A DNA stretch of 64,000 nt from Ignavibacteriales bacterium (lineage in GTDB: Bacteria; Bacteroidota; Ignavibacteria; UBA10030; UBA6906). The position numbers and the translations under genes were made by a program. Under the pieces are notes generated by a model. That model had not been told where the DNA came from. It made no database searches and saw nothing but the letters and a program-made list of their open reading frames with translations. Below are positions 9,825 to 20,297 of this stretch, in pieces. The stretch lies in assembly GCA_037441705.1 (NCBI GenBank), contig JBBIRR010000020.1:1-64000 (forward strand). Reading direction: 5' to 3'. Position 1 is the stretch's first letter. Every line of letters begins with the position of its first letter.

Positions 9825-9869
9825 GGGAAACGGGTACGTATCATTCATTAACATAATTGGGTGACTGCC

Positions 9870-12800
9870 ATGAGTAAACTAACACACGCGATCGCCGGCT
9901 TTGTGTTTGCCAGCCTCCTGATGTTGACGATTGTGGGGGTGGCGAGTGCGAGCGATCGATCGGGAAGGCCCGCGCAGACCAGCGGTCTGCGCAAACCAAC
10001 CGGTGAGCCGGTGTCAACACTGATCAACATCAACAATATCGCCGGCTGGATTCGTAACGACGGTTGGTCCGCCCGTGTCCCCTCATCGGGAAACTCGGGT
10101 GTGTATTATCCCCGCGGTACATCCACGGCGATCTTCCAGGATGGCATTGTGTGGGGTGGTAATGTGAATGACGGCGGCTCGCAAGTTCTCCGCGTCGGCG
10201 GGCAGACCTACAGCATCGGTACCGTCGGCGGGCGCATCATCTCTGCGGGCGTTGCCGCACAACCTACTGATCCCGACGTCCGCATCTACAGGATTCGGCG
10301 TGACTTCAAAACGGCCGACCTGAAGCAGGATGCAGCCGAGTTCTTCGAGAAGGGTCTCTCTGCGGTAACCGACGGCGACATTGCAACCGTGCGCGCCCAG
10401 TACGAGACGGACTGGAGAGAATGGCCTGCATCGCAAGGCGCGCCGTTCTATGATGCCGACGGCGACGGCCAGTACAATCCTGCATTCAATGCCGATGGCA
10501 CCCCGAAACTGCGTCCGGGGATCGGCGAGACATTCGATCCTGCAAAGCATGCCGATGAACCGGGTATTGCCGACGCCGACCAGGTGATCTGGTTCGTGTG
10601 CAACGACCTGAACCCCGGTAAGACGAATGCGCTCTATGGGTCGAACCCGATCGGCTTAGAGCTTCAGGTCACCCTCTGGGGCTACAACCGTACCGACCCG
10701 CTGGCAAATGTGTACTTCAAGAAGTTCACGTTCATTTACAAAGGGACCGCTACATCAATCCCCGGGTCAACCATCACCGACATGTATGTGGCGCAATGGT
10801 CCGATCCCGACCTGGGAGACTACTCGGACGACTTCGCCGGTTGCGATACGACGTTGAGTCTTGTGTACGTGTACAATGGCGATGCATCGGACAACGAGTA
10901 TGCGAAATTCGGATTGAAGCCGCCGGCGGTTGGCTACGACTTCTTGCAGGGGCCCATCGTTCCGGGTGCGCCCACAGACAGCGCAGTCTTCGGTCTGAAG
11001 CGTGTCTATGGCAAGAGGAATCTTCCGATGACGGCAGCCTTCTACTTTGCTGCCGGTGGCACCTACTCCGATCCTCCGTTCACCCGGCAGGGAACCATTC
11101 AGTGGTATAACCTGCTGCGCGGTCTGACGCCAGTCGACGGGACTCCCTTCGTTCACCCGAGGTTCCCGCAGCTTGGGCCAACCAAATTCTGGTTAGACGG
11201 TGACCCCGTTGCCGGAACGGGTCGTCTCGATGGTGCCGTTGACCAGCCGAGCGATCGCCGTATCGGCGCATGCTCCGGTCCCTTCACGATGGCCCTCGGT
11301 GACACGCAGGAGGTTGTTGTGGGTGTGGTGGCCGGAATTGCAGCTGACTACATCGGCAGTGTTGCAGTCATGAAAAACAATGACGTTGCCGTTCAGAATG
11401 CTTACAACGACCTGTTCGATCTGCCGAAGGCTCCGCCTGCACCGAAGGTGAAGGGCGTAGCTCTCAACAAGCAGATCGTGCTGGATTGGGGTTCTGATCT
11501 TGCTGCTGTGCGCGCAACCGAAGACTTCGATCGGAAGGGATACAAGTTTGAAGGCTATAACGTGTATCAACTCCCGACAGCGAGCGCGAGCTTCGATCAG
11601 GCTGTACGGATCGCGACCTTCGACCTCGAGGGCAACGGTGTCCGCACAATCTTTGACCAGGTGTTCGATGTTTCCCTCGGTATCATAGTCACCGTTGTAA
11701 AACAGCGAGGCACCGACAGTGGTATCCAGCGGGAAATGGTCATCGAGACGGATGCCATCCGTCAACTGCCTCTGGTCAACGGGCAGAAGTACTATTTTGC
11801 CGTAACAGCGTATGGGTATAACCCAAGCGACCAAGCGCTGACGCATGCTCTGGAATCTTCGATGCAGGTGTTGACCATCGTACCGCAGACTCCGGATCCA
11901 GGCTATCGGCTCTCCGCTGTGTACGGACAGGAGATAACTCCTACCAACCTGAATCCTGGCGTTGTGAAAACCGACGGTGGGGCTGCACCGCGGGTAGTCG
12001 ATCCGACGGCTCTTACCGGAAAGACATATCAGGTGACGTTCAAGAACATCCCGACCACATTCTATTATGGTCCGGACAGCCACGGGGATTATGATACCGT
12101 CACTATTGATCAGTTGAACTGGTTCCTGATTCGAGGTGGAACAGACACCTTGTATCAGAGTGTCAACCAGGGTCCGACGGTGCCGATCGATCCGGGAACC
12201 CACAACTTGGATCCGGAAGTGCCAGCGATCTTTGGTAGCCCGTTCAACTACCCGATTATCGATGGCATGTACCTGTCGGTTCAAGGTCCGCCACCGCAGT
12301 TGAATGAAGAGCGCAGCAGGTTTACAGAGGGCTCCAATTGGCTTCGCGGCAGTGGGCGGTTCTCATCCTCGACATCCGCCCTTCGAAGTCAAGCGACTAC
12401 ATCCTACGACGGACCAGTATTCTACCTGGCGTTTGTCAGCGCGGGCGTTCCGCCATCGGAATACCGCGATGTTGAATTCCGCTTCGGTCCTGGACGAACC
12501 CAGAAAGCTTATCGCTATCGCAGGTTCGCCACCACGCAGGAACCCGATACGCGGTACAAGTATGTCGGGTATACGGATGTTCCATTCGAAGTATGGGACG
12601 TTTCCGATCCCAGTAATCCGCGTCAACTGAACTGTGGATGGCGCGATCAGAACAATGATGGCTTGTGGAATGTCGGTAATGCCTCCGTTGGACCGAACCT
12701 GGAGATCATCTTTGTCGCTCCCACGACCTATGATGGGGCCACGCCCACGACGTATGGGACGACATTGAATAGCTCGGTCAACAACATTGTGGGTGATGGT

Positions 12801-13331
12801 TTCGGTGGTGCCAATGTCCCGCGGAACCAGCAGTACATGATGCTGGCGGAGTGGATGAACTCCACCGGAAACAATGCGGACATCCCGCAAAGCACGATCC
12901 TTGTCTCGCCGAACCGCGTCATCACCGAGAACGACAGGTTCGAATGGACTGCACCGGCGGCACCGGCGTACAGTGTTGACAACGCCCGAGCCGACGTCAC
13001 GAAGATCAATGTCTTCCCGAACCCGTACTATGGCTTCAACCGGGCGGAGACGTCGCGCAACCAGCGGTTCGTCACATTCAACCATCTGCCGCCGCGGGCC
13101 GAGATCAGAATCTTCAACCTCGCCGGCGCGTTGGTTGCTTCGTTCGATGAGACTTCACCGGCTCCACGGCAGCGCAATGGGCAGTACCAGAACTGGGACC
13201 TCAAGAACAACAACGGCTTGCCGGTCGCCAGTGGTGTGTACATTGCCTACATCAATATGCCGGACTTAGGCGTAACGAAGACGTTGAAACTGATCGTTAT
13301 CCAGGAACAGCAATTCCTCGATAACTTCTAA
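9870..13331 (+). CDS. Large secreted protein with atypical T9SS C-terminal sorting domain
   Basis: Signal peptide; ININN N-terminal motif, DPDLGD, FN3-like YYFAVTAY segment; CTD INVFPNPYY...IRIFNLAG...WDLKN...VASGVYI. Confidence 0.85.
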   Translation: MSKLTHAIAGFVFASLLMLTIVGVASASDRSGRPAQTSGLRKPTGEPVSTLININNIAGWIRNDGWSARVPSSGNSGVYYPRGTSTAIFQDGIVWGGNVNDGGSQVLRVGGQTYSIGTVGGRIISAGVAAQPTDPDVRIYRIRRDFKTADLKQDAAEFFEKGLSAVTDGDIATVRAQYETDWREWPASQGAPFYDADGDGQYNPAFNADGTPKLRPGIGETFDPAKHADEPGIADADQVIWFVCNDLNPGKTNALYGSNPIGLELQVTLWGYNRTDPLANVYFKKFTFIYKGTATSIPGSTITDMYVAQWSDPDLGDYSDDFAGCDTTLSLVYVYNGDASDNEYAKFGLKPPAVGYDFLQGPIVPGAPTDSAVFGLKRVYGKRNLPMTAAFYFAAGGTYSDPPFTRQGTIQWYNLLRGLTPVDGTPFVHPRFPQLGPTKFWLDGDPVAGTGRLDGAVDQPSDRRIGACSGPFTMALGDTQEVVVGVVAGIAADYIGSVAVMKNNDVAVQNAYNDLFDLPKAPPAPKVKGVALNKQIVLDWGSDLAAVRATEDFDRKGYKFEGYNVYQLPTASASFDQAVRIATFDLEGNGVRTIFDQVFDVSLGIIVTVVKQRGTDSGIQREMVIETDAIRQLPLVNGQKYYFAVTAYGYNPSDQALTHALESSMQVLTIVPQTPDPGYRLSAVYGQEITPTNLNPGVVKTDGGAAPRVVDPTALTGKTYQVTFKNIPTTFYYGPDSHGDYDTVTIDQLNWFLIRGGTDTLYQSVNQGPTVPIDPGTHNLDPEVPAIFGSPFNYPIIDGMYLSVQGPPPQLNEERSRFTEGSNWLRGSGRFSSSTSALRSQATTSYDGPVFYLAFVSAGVPPSEYRDVEFRFGPGRTQKAYRYRRFATTQEPDTRYKYVGYTDVPFEVWDVSDPSNPRQLNCGWRDQNNDGLWNVGNASVGPNLEIIFVAPTTYDGATPTTYGTTLNSSVNNIVGDGFGGANVPRNQQYMMLAEWMNSTGNNADIPQSTILVSPNRVITENDRFEWTAPAAPAYSVDNARADVTKINVFPNPYYGFNRAETSRNQRFVTFNHLPPRAEIRIFNLAGALVASFDETSPAPRQRNGQYQNWDLKNNNGLPVASGVYIAYINMPDLGVTKTLKLIVIQEQQFLDNF

Positions 13332-13354
13332 TCAAATTTGGAAAGGAGAAGCAA

Positions 13355-14437
13355 ATGAAACAGCAAGCAATTTTTAGGATGAGCATCGTGGCTGTGGCGC
13401 TTCTCATCCTCGTCCTCGCTGCGCCACTGGCGTCGTATGCCGGCGGTGAAAACCGTGTCGGGACGAACGCCGCATCCGAGCTCCTCATTCCCGTAGGGGC
13501 ACGCGACATCGCCATGGGCGGCGCCTCCGTTGCCACCGCCAGCGGTCTGGATGCTATCTTCTGGAACCCTGCGGGTCTGGCACGCACCAAGAACTCCGCC
13601 AACGCCATGTTCTCGCACATGAACTACATCGCCGATATCGGCATCGAGTACGTGGCCGTGAGCGGAACGTTCGAGAGCTTCGGGACGCTCGGCCTCAGCA
13701 TCAAATCCGTCGGCGTCGGTGACATTGCCGTCACCGACGAGGACAACCCCGACGGCACGGGCGCCATCATCAGCCCGACCATCGTGAACCTGGGGTTGAC
13801 TTATTCGCGGATGCTGACCGACCGCATCTCGGTCGGTGCAACCGTCACCCTCATCAGCGAGCGCTTCGACCGCGTCTCGGCTACGGGCTTCGCATTTAAT
13901 GCCGGCGTGCAGTACAACGGTCTGGCAAATGTGAACGGCCTCAGCCTCGGCGTGGTGGTCAAGAACATCGGCCCGCAGATGAAGTTCGATGGTGACGGAT
14001 TGCTGCGGCAAGGGAACGTGATTGACGTTCTGCGACCGGGCACGTTCTACAAAGTGGAAGCGGCATCGTTCGAGCTGCCTTCCACGATCGAGATCGGCCT
14101 CGCATATAACTACGCCGTTACGGACGACGACTACCTCTCGCTCTCCGGCGTGTTCCAGAACAACAACTTCGCCGCCGATGAGTACAAGGTAGGCCTGGAG
14201 TACAACTACGGTAATCTCTTCTTTGTGCGCGGTGGCTACAACTTCTCCGAGATCAAGGAGAACGCCAGCATGCAGACGAGCACGTCGTTCGACAAGACGA
14301 CGCACATCTTCGGCTTCACGGCCGGAGCGGGTGTGAAGTACACACTCGGTACGTTGGATGTGTCGTTCGACTATGCGTACCGTGCGGTGAAGTTCCTCGA
14401 GAACAATCACGTGTTTACCATCGGCTTGGGATTCTAA
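13355..14437 (+). CDS. PorV/PorQ-family (FadL-like, UPF0164) outer-membrane beta-barrel
   Basis: Signal peptide; LLIPVGARDIAMGGA...AIFWNPAGLA motif, VVKNIG, terminal Phe (IGLGF). Confidence 0.88.
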   Translation: MKQQAIFRMSIVAVALLILVLAAPLASYAGGENRVGTNAASELLIPVGARDIAMGGASVATASGLDAIFWNPAGLARTKNSANAMFSHMNYIADIGIEYVAVSGTFESFGTLGLSIKSVGVGDIAVTDEDNPDGTGAIISPTIVNLGLTYSRMLTDRISVGATVTLISERFDRVSATGFAFNAGVQYNGLANVNGLSLGVVVKNIGPQMKFDGDGLLRQGNVIDVLRPGTFYKVEAASFELPSTIEIGLAYNYAVTDDDYLSLSGVFQNNNFAADEYKVGLEYNYGNLFFVRGGYNFSEIKENASMQTSTSFDKTTHIFGFTAGAGVKYTLGTLDVSFDYAYRAVKFLENNHVFTIGLGF

Positions 14438-14464
14438 GGACGGTGATACAACATTCGTAATCCT

Positions 14465-14520
14465 GCGTAACGGACTTCGGAAGCCGGTCACCTCCGGAGT
14501 TCGTTACGCTGTATTGTTTC
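14465..14520 (+). terminator. Long hairpin after the PorV-family gene, probable terminator
   Basis: gcgtaacggacttcgga / tccggagttcgttacgc inverted repeat followed by a T-rich tract. Confidence 0.55.
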
Positions 14521-14618
14521 TGCGCTCCGCAGGAGGAGATAAGCCTCATTCCTTTCGGTACTGGTTGTGAATGTCGACAGTTCTTTCCATTCACCTCATC
14601 AACAGGAGGGATCCGCCA

Positions 14619-16367
14619 ATGATTACCCGCTGTCTTATCGTTTCTGCCTCCATCGTTGTTTCGGTACTATCGGCTACTGCTGGCACGGGTACCTTGAGGA
14701 AGCATGCCGAAGCAAAGTTGCCGGACGAGCACCGCGTATCTTTGCGTCAAGGTTCCCGAACGCAAGAGCCACCCGATTTTTCTTCAATGCGTCCAACAGC
14801 CGGTGCATATACGGGACTGAGTGGATTCTATGATTATCAGGTCAACACCGGGGCTTGCCAGTATGTGCGGCTTGACCGATCGGATCCCACCGGCAATAAG
14901 ATTCATGTCGTCTTCATGGGTGCACCTGATTCTTTAGCTCCGACCGGATCCACCAGAAGAGTTTACTATGCATATTCGAGCAATGGAGGAGTTACCTGGG
15001 AGACCTTTGGCAGTCCGGGAGGGCTTGAGGTTCCCACGCGTCGTGCAGGCTTCCCTTCGTTGGACATGTTACAGGGTACGACGCAGGGAACAATTCTTGC
15101 AAACCACAACGTGGTGGCGACTGATCTCCAGTCGATCGTTTTTGTTGACGCTCCTCCCGGTACAGGTGCCTTTGCCGAATTGACCCCGCCGCCGATTCTT
15201 GGAGGCGCAGACGAACCAATCTGGCCCGATGTTGCTGGCGCGGCCGATGGGTCAATCGTGATGTCTGCATCGAAGTCTGTGGCCAACACCGGACATTACA
15301 CCCGAACGACGGATTTCACAACCTGGGCGACCTGGGGCGAGACCGCACCGGCGGCCTCAGCAGGACTTGTTGCCAAGGCGAATGGGACCGGACGCGTCGC
15401 GATCGTGCTCAACCCGACATTTGCGGCCGTTGATGATGGTTTGTACTACCTCGAATCGACCAACAACGGAGCCACGTGGCCGTCGCAGGCAACACGCTTC
15501 ATGACCGATGGTCGGGTAGCCGGCCCGGATACATTCTATCACACGCTTGGTAATGACTGTGTGTATGATGGAAACAATCTGTTGATTGCGTTTGCGGAGT
15601 TTAACGGCGGCGCCAATGCACCGACCGATAGCGCACAGATTTCCTTCTGGAGTCAGGCGACCGGGATCGTTGTGGCGGCCACGAAGGTGAACACTCCGAA
15701 TGTTACACCGTTCGAGAATCGTGCAACGTTCAACGCTATGACGATGGATATGCCGTCCATCGGGATGTCGGGCAGCACGATCGTCATCGCCTACCAGGCG
15801 ATGATGAACAATGATACATCGGCGAACGGCTACAACTGCCATGATCTCTTCATGGTCACCTCCACCAATGGAGGCGTGTCGTGGTCGAACCCGCGACGGA
15901 TCACGAACACGCCAGGGGTTGACGAACGCTTTGTCTCCGTTGCACCCTGGAACGAACCGGGAATGGTGAATCTGGTCTGGCAGGAAGATCCTGAGGCAGG
16001 TGGCTTTATCATAGGGGATCCCGGGACGATCGCTCGCCGCACCCGACAGGTTTTCTTGAAGACCTCGATCACCACGGATGTGCGGGTTGGCAACGCGCTA
16101 CCGTCTGCGTTCCGTCTGGAGCAGAACTACCCCAATCCGTTCAATCCTTCCACGAAAATCACGTACGCCATCCCTGTCGGATCGAAGGTGACGTTGAAGG
16201 TCTTCGACATGCTCGGCCGGGAGGTCGCAACCCTCGTGGATGATTATCGTCCGGCAGGGACGTATGAGACGGAGTTTCACGCGTCGGAGCTTGCCAGCGG
16301 CGTGTACTACTATACGCTCCGAGCGGGGAGCGTGATCGCAACGAGAAAGATGGTATTGGCGAAATGA
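14619..16367 (+). CDS. T9SS cargo protein with Asp-box/BNR repeats (paralog 1)
   Basis: RBS AGGAGG; signal peptide; SSNGGVTW, STNNGATW, STNGGVSW; CTD LEQNYPNPFNP...SGVYYY...KMVLAK. Confidence 0.88.
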   Translation: MITRCLIVSASIVVSVLSATAGTGTLRKHAEAKLPDEHRVSLRQGSRTQEPPDFSSMRPTAGAYTGLSGFYDYQVNTGACQYVRLDRSDPTGNKIHVVFMGAPDSLAPTGSTRRVYYAYSSNGGVTWETFGSPGGLEVPTRRAGFPSLDMLQGTTQGTILANHNVVATDLQSIVFVDAPPGTGAFAELTPPPILGGADEPIWPDVAGAADGSIVMSASKSVANTGHYTRTTDFTTWATWGETAPAASAGLVAKANGTGRVAIVLNPTFAAVDDGLYYLESTNNGATWPSQATRFMTDGRVAGPDTFYHTLGNDCVYDGNNLLIAFAEFNGGANAPTDSAQISFWSQATGIVVAATKVNTPNVTPFENRATFNAMTMDMPSIGMSGSTIVIAYQAMMNNDTSANGYNCHDLFMVTSTNGGVSWSNPRRITNTPGVDERFVSVAPWNEPGMVNLVWQEDPEAGGFIIGDPGTIARRTRQVFLKTSITTDVRVGNALPSAFRLEQNYPNPFNPSTKITYAIPVGSKVTLKVFDMLGREVATLVDDYRPAGTYETEFHASELASGVYYYTLRAGSVIATRKMVLAK

Positions 16368-16412
16368 GGCATCCATTCACTTCAACTACTCAATTACAAG
16401 AGGAGGTTCACG

Positions 16413-18206
16413 ATGAGAAACGCGCTACTCATTGCGTGCTGCATCATTCTTGCAGCACCGTCGGTGCTGGGCGGCAGGAGGGCGGAGTCACGAGCTGAAA
16501 AAACTCTCCCCTTAGCTGTCGACGACGGCTCAACGCGTCCGTCCTCAAGCGTTGGGTACTACATCCCGGGGCTTGACCAGCCTGCAACGCTTACGTGGAT
16601 AGCGGTGGACACCATGGCGAATGCGTTTGGCCCGGCGAGCCGCGGCATCAAACCTATCGCGTATGATTCGGCCACGAACATTGTTGCGTTGATCCATCGG
16701 GCTGCAACAAGCTATGGCCAGAGCAGCGGCGAGTTGTGGTATAATATTTCGCGCGATGCAGGCGCCACATGGCGCAGGGTTGGAGCGCTCAACTCCGGCG
16801 TCGAACTCCTTTCGCGCTATCCGAGCTGTGCCATTTCGAATCCGACTAACTCCAGCGACACCTCCACGGTGTTGTTCGTCTATGCTGCTCCACAATTGTT
16901 AGCGGGAGGCGCGGCCTTTGGCAGAATCATGTACGGTGTTGATTATCCCATCGGAGCCAATGCCGCACTGGCGTTCCAATCGCAGCAACCGGATGAATCG
17001 TTCTGGTCGAACGTGAATATCTGGACTGCCAACGCGAGCCCGGTGGTGAACTGGGTGATCTATCGGCGAGGCACAGTGGTGTATGACGACCTGTATCGGT
17101 TCAGGACTGTTGACTTTTCGACCATCGAACAAGGTGTTCCCCCCACCTGGGCGGCGACAAACTTCAACAATGCGTTCGGCCTCGACATTCGAGGTCAGGA
17201 GCGGAACGGCCGGCACTACTTCGGGAAATGGGGTCAGTGGACCGGCGACCTGAACCAGGTGGACAACCCCGGCTACTCGGTGTCCACCGATGGCGGAGCG
17301 ACGTGGAGCGCGTGGACTCGTCCTCAGCCGGATTTCCGCAGCATACCGGGCATCGGCGGCTCCAAGGATTGGTGGACTTACGGTGGTCCCGGAGCGTATT
17401 CATTTGATATGGTCGTGGATGCCAACAACCGTGTGCACTTCTTCGGCGTCATTGTCGACACGGCAACGTTGCAGCGCGACCTTGTGGAAATCTATGAAAC
17501 GGGAACCGGCTGGGCCTCGAAGATGATCAAGAGCAATTTGAACCCCGCGACCCTGCTCACGTATGCCACGCTCAATCAGATGGGCAATCACATCAACGCT
17601 TCCACCAACCGCGGCGGAAACGTCATGGCGGTTGTCTGGCTCGATGCCGCACCGGGTGATACCTTGCCCGACATCTGGTTCTCGTGGCGCCGCATTGATG
17701 ATGCTTCCTGGGCGACGGCAAGGAACCTCACAGAAACGCCCGGCTTTGCTGAACTCCTGCTTCATGCTGCCCCGACGCTGAAGACCAATAGTCCGACGAG
17801 CTACACGATGTTTCTCGGGCGTTCGTACGAAGCCGGCGTCACAACCTATCCCCCCAATGATGTGAATCGCACGGTGTTCTATGCGGCGGCCTATACATTT
17901 ACACTGACGGATGTGCCGGGCGGGAAAGAGGGCAATGTCCCGCAAGCGTTTGTCCTCTCGCAAAACTACCCGAACCCCTTTAACCCGGCAACGAAGATTT
18001 CGTTTACTCTCCCCGTTGGTTCGGACGTGACATTGAAAGTGTACAATATGCTGGGGCAGGAAGTGGCGACGGTGGTGAACGGGTACCGTTCGGCAGGAAC
18101 GTACGAGGTGGAGTTCAATGCAGCGGGCCTTGCCAGCGGAGTGTACTACTATACACTGAGAGCGGGGAGTTTCACTGCAACCAGAAAAATGCTCTTGACA
18201 AAATAG
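16413..18206 (+). CDS. T9SS cargo protein with Asp-box/BNR repeats (paralog 2, more divergent)
   Basis: RBS GAGGAGG; signal peptide; SRDAGATW, STDGGATW; CTD LSQNYPNPFNP...KMLLTK. Confidence 0.88.
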   Translation: MRNALLIACCIILAAPSVLGGRRAESRAEKTLPLAVDDGSTRPSSSVGYYIPGLDQPATLTWIAVDTMANAFGPASRGIKPIAYDSATNIVALIHRAATSYGQSSGELWYNISRDAGATWRRVGALNSGVELLSRYPSCAISNPTNSSDTSTVLFVYAAPQLLAGGAAFGRIMYGVDYPIGANAALAFQSQQPDESFWSNVNIWTANASPVVNWVIYRRGTVVYDDLYRFRTVDFSTIEQGVPPTWAATNFNNAFGLDIRGQERNGRHYFGKWGQWTGDLNQVDNPGYSVSTDGGATWSAWTRPQPDFRSIPGIGGSKDWWTYGGPGAYSFDMVVDANNRVHFFGVIVDTATLQRDLVEIYETGTGWASKMIKSNLNPATLLTYATLNQMGNHINASTNRGGNVMAVVWLDAAPGDTLPDIWFSWRRIDDASWATARNLTETPGFAELLLHAAPTLKTNSPTSYTMFLGRSYEAGVTTYPPNDVNRTVFYAAAYTFTLTDVPGGKEGNVPQAFVLSQNYPNPFNPATKISFTLPVGSDVTLKVYNMLGQEVATVVNGYRSAGTYEVEFNAAGLASGVYYYTLRAGSFTATRKMLLTK

Positions 18207-18230
18207 TATCAAGCGAACCAATTGCAAGAC

Positions 18231-18272
18231 GAAGCGTGAGCATGTGGGGTCGTGCTCACGCTTCTTTTCTTT
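18231..18272 (+). terminator. Rho-independent terminator
   Basis: gaagcgtgagcatg / cgtgctcacgcttc stem followed by ttttctt. Confidence 0.75.
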
Positions 18273-18381
18273 CCGGTCTCGGCGGAAAAACATTGATTTT
18301 GATTGTTTGAATTGTTTTTTTGTTCGAGACGCTTGTCCCGACAACAACCAACCCATCACCAACAAACATGCGAGGTGCTCT

Positions 18382-20151
18382 ATGCCCCACAAGCTACTAA
18401 CTGTTCTTGTGCTCGGTGTAGTATCGGTCTCACTTACATTTGCCGACGGCGGCAGGAAGAGGCCAGCGCTTGAGGCGGAGCCTGACGAAAGCCGGCCGGT
18501 AGTGAACGTCCCCTACACCAAAGTCCCCGATCCCGATTGGTCAACGTTTCTCACTCCGGTGGGAACCCCAACGACGTTGTCCGGATTCTATGACTATCAG
18601 TCCAATGGCGGATCCATCCAGCACATTCGTGTGAACCCTGCCAACGGAAACATTCACGTCACGTACATGCTCTCTGAGGATTCCACGGCGGGGGGATTAA
18701 GCACAGCGCGTCGAACGGGCTACGCATTCAGCAGTGACGGCGGGGTGTCGTGGAACAACTTCGGAAACGTGCGTGTACCCAACCGCCTGTCGGGATTCCC
18801 GACGATCGATCTGCTGAGAGGGCCGAACGCCGGGCTTCCGGTCATTGCCAACCACAGTACCATCACCGGAACGCAGAGCACGATCTACATTGACTCGCCG
18901 GAAGGGTCGGGGGCCTTCAGCGAGCTGAGTGCGCCGGCGGTGGTCGGTCCACCGGAACCGATTTGGCCGTACGTTGCAGGTGCGAGTGACGGCTCGGTGG
19001 TGATGGCCGCTGCTCAAAACATTGGCCCCGCGCCGACTCCCGGCGTCATGTGGCATAATCGGATGCCCAGCGATTTCTTGCAGTGGGGAACGTGGGACAA
19101 CTGGACGGGCGACGTGCAAAGCGGTGGACGACATCCCACCCATGCAAACGGAACCGGACGGGTGGGAATTCTTCTCAATACTTCCAACGGTACAACCGCG
19201 CTCGGCAATCGGTGGAGGGAGTCCACGAACAACGGAGTGACCTGGACCGCCCCGGTGAATCTCTACGGCCAGCGCGTGGCCGGCGCCGATACATTCAACT
19301 CCTACGTGCACACCGATTGGGTGTACAACGGCGATACTCCTCTGTATGTATTCTCGGAATACTATGCGGGCAGCGACCCGACGCGCTTCGATGATAACAT
19401 TGTGTTCTGGAGCCAGGCGACGGGCTTTCGTATTGCCGTTCCGTACGATACGTCGAAGTACGGACCGTACAATACCACGCCGCCCAATCCGCAGAGGTTC
19501 CATAATCTGTTGATCAATTTTCCGTCCATCGGTCTTTCGGGCAATACGATCATTGTGGCCTATCAAGCATTTCAGCGCGACACAGACCAGTACGGCTGGA
19601 ATTACAGTGACCTGTGGTATGTTACTTCCACCAACGGCGGCAACAGTTGGTCGGAGCCGCGTCGTATTACCAATACGCCGACGATTGACGAACGCTATCC
19701 CAGCGTGTCGAAGTGGAATGCGCCGGGCCAGTTCAACCTGGTCTGGAGCCAGAAGACGGAGGGGCACAGCGGATTGTTTGCGTTCCCGGGTCCCGATGGT
19801 AACCGCGGTGTTGATACCGTTCGCACGTTCCAGATGTTCCAGCGCATCTTCCTGACAGACGTGGGCGAGGAAGGAGGGAACGTGCCGCGGATGTTCCGCT
19901 TGGGCCAGAACTATCCCAATCCCTTCAACCCTGCAACCAAGATTGATTACTCGGTTGCGAAGGCGGGAGTTGTAACGATCAAAGTGTACAACACGCTCGG
20001 CCAGGAAGTTGCCACGCTGGTCAATGAGTATCTTGCCCCCGGGCATTATCAAACGACGTTCGACGCGACACACCTTGCCAGCGGCGTGTACATCTACAAG
20101 ATGACTGCCGGCGGCTATGCGGAGTCGAAGAGGATGTTGTTCTTGAAGTAA
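18382..20151 (+). CDS. T9SS cargo protein with Asp-box/BNR repeats (paralog 3)
   Basis: Signal peptide; LSGFYDYQSNG shared with paralog 1; SSDGGVSW, STNNGVTW, STNGGNSW; CTD QNYPNPFNP...RMLFLK. Confidence 0.88.
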   Translation: MPHKLLTVLVLGVVSVSLTFADGGRKRPALEAEPDESRPVVNVPYTKVPDPDWSTFLTPVGTPTTLSGFYDYQSNGGSIQHIRVNPANGNIHVTYMLSEDSTAGGLSTARRTGYAFSSDGGVSWNNFGNVRVPNRLSGFPTIDLLRGPNAGLPVIANHSTITGTQSTIYIDSPEGSGAFSELSAPAVVGPPEPIWPYVAGASDGSVVMAAAQNIGPAPTPGVMWHNRMPSDFLQWGTWDNWTGDVQSGGRHPTHANGTGRVGILLNTSNGTTALGNRWRESTNNGVTWTAPVNLYGQRVAGADTFNSYVHTDWVYNGDTPLYVFSEYYAGSDPTRFDDNIVFWSQATGFRIAVPYDTSKYGPYNTTPPNPQRFHNLLINFPSIGLSGNTIIVAYQAFQRDTDQYGWNYSDLWYVTSTNGGNSWSEPRRITNTPTIDERYPSVSKWNAPGQFNLVWSQKTEGHSGLFAFPGPDGNRGVDTVRTFQMFQRIFLTDVGEEGGNVPRMFRLGQNYPNPFNPATKIDYSVAKAGVVTIKVYNTLGQEVATLVNEYLAPGHYQTTFDATHLASGVYIYKMTAGGYAESKRMLFLK

Positions 20152-20171
20152 GGATCGGTTGTGTTCTGTAC

Positions 20172-20210
20172 AACGGCACGCGGGGATGAACCTTGCGTGC
20201 CGTTTTCGTT
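20172..20210 (+). terminator. Rho-independent terminator
   Basis: aacggcacgcgggg / ccttgcgtgccgtt stem followed by ttcgtt. Confidence 0.7.
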
Positions 20211-20297
20211 CGGACGTTCTTCTTGCATTTGAAAACGCCAATCGTTTCTTTATCACCAATCCTCGTTTCACTGTACCTCCGAGGAGTCGCTGATTTT

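Noticed and set aside
7380-9854. 824-aa minus-strand ORF
   Set aside because: Antisense shadow of the TonB-dependent receptor; no recognisable motifs, and expected from codon bias in GC-rich genes
18697-20271. 524-aa minus-strand ORF and similar long antisense ORFs (2512-3825, 13328-14491, 20268-21476, 32598-33809, 43668-45023, 47890-49140)
   Set aside because: Each lies opposite a well-supported gene and has no domain signature
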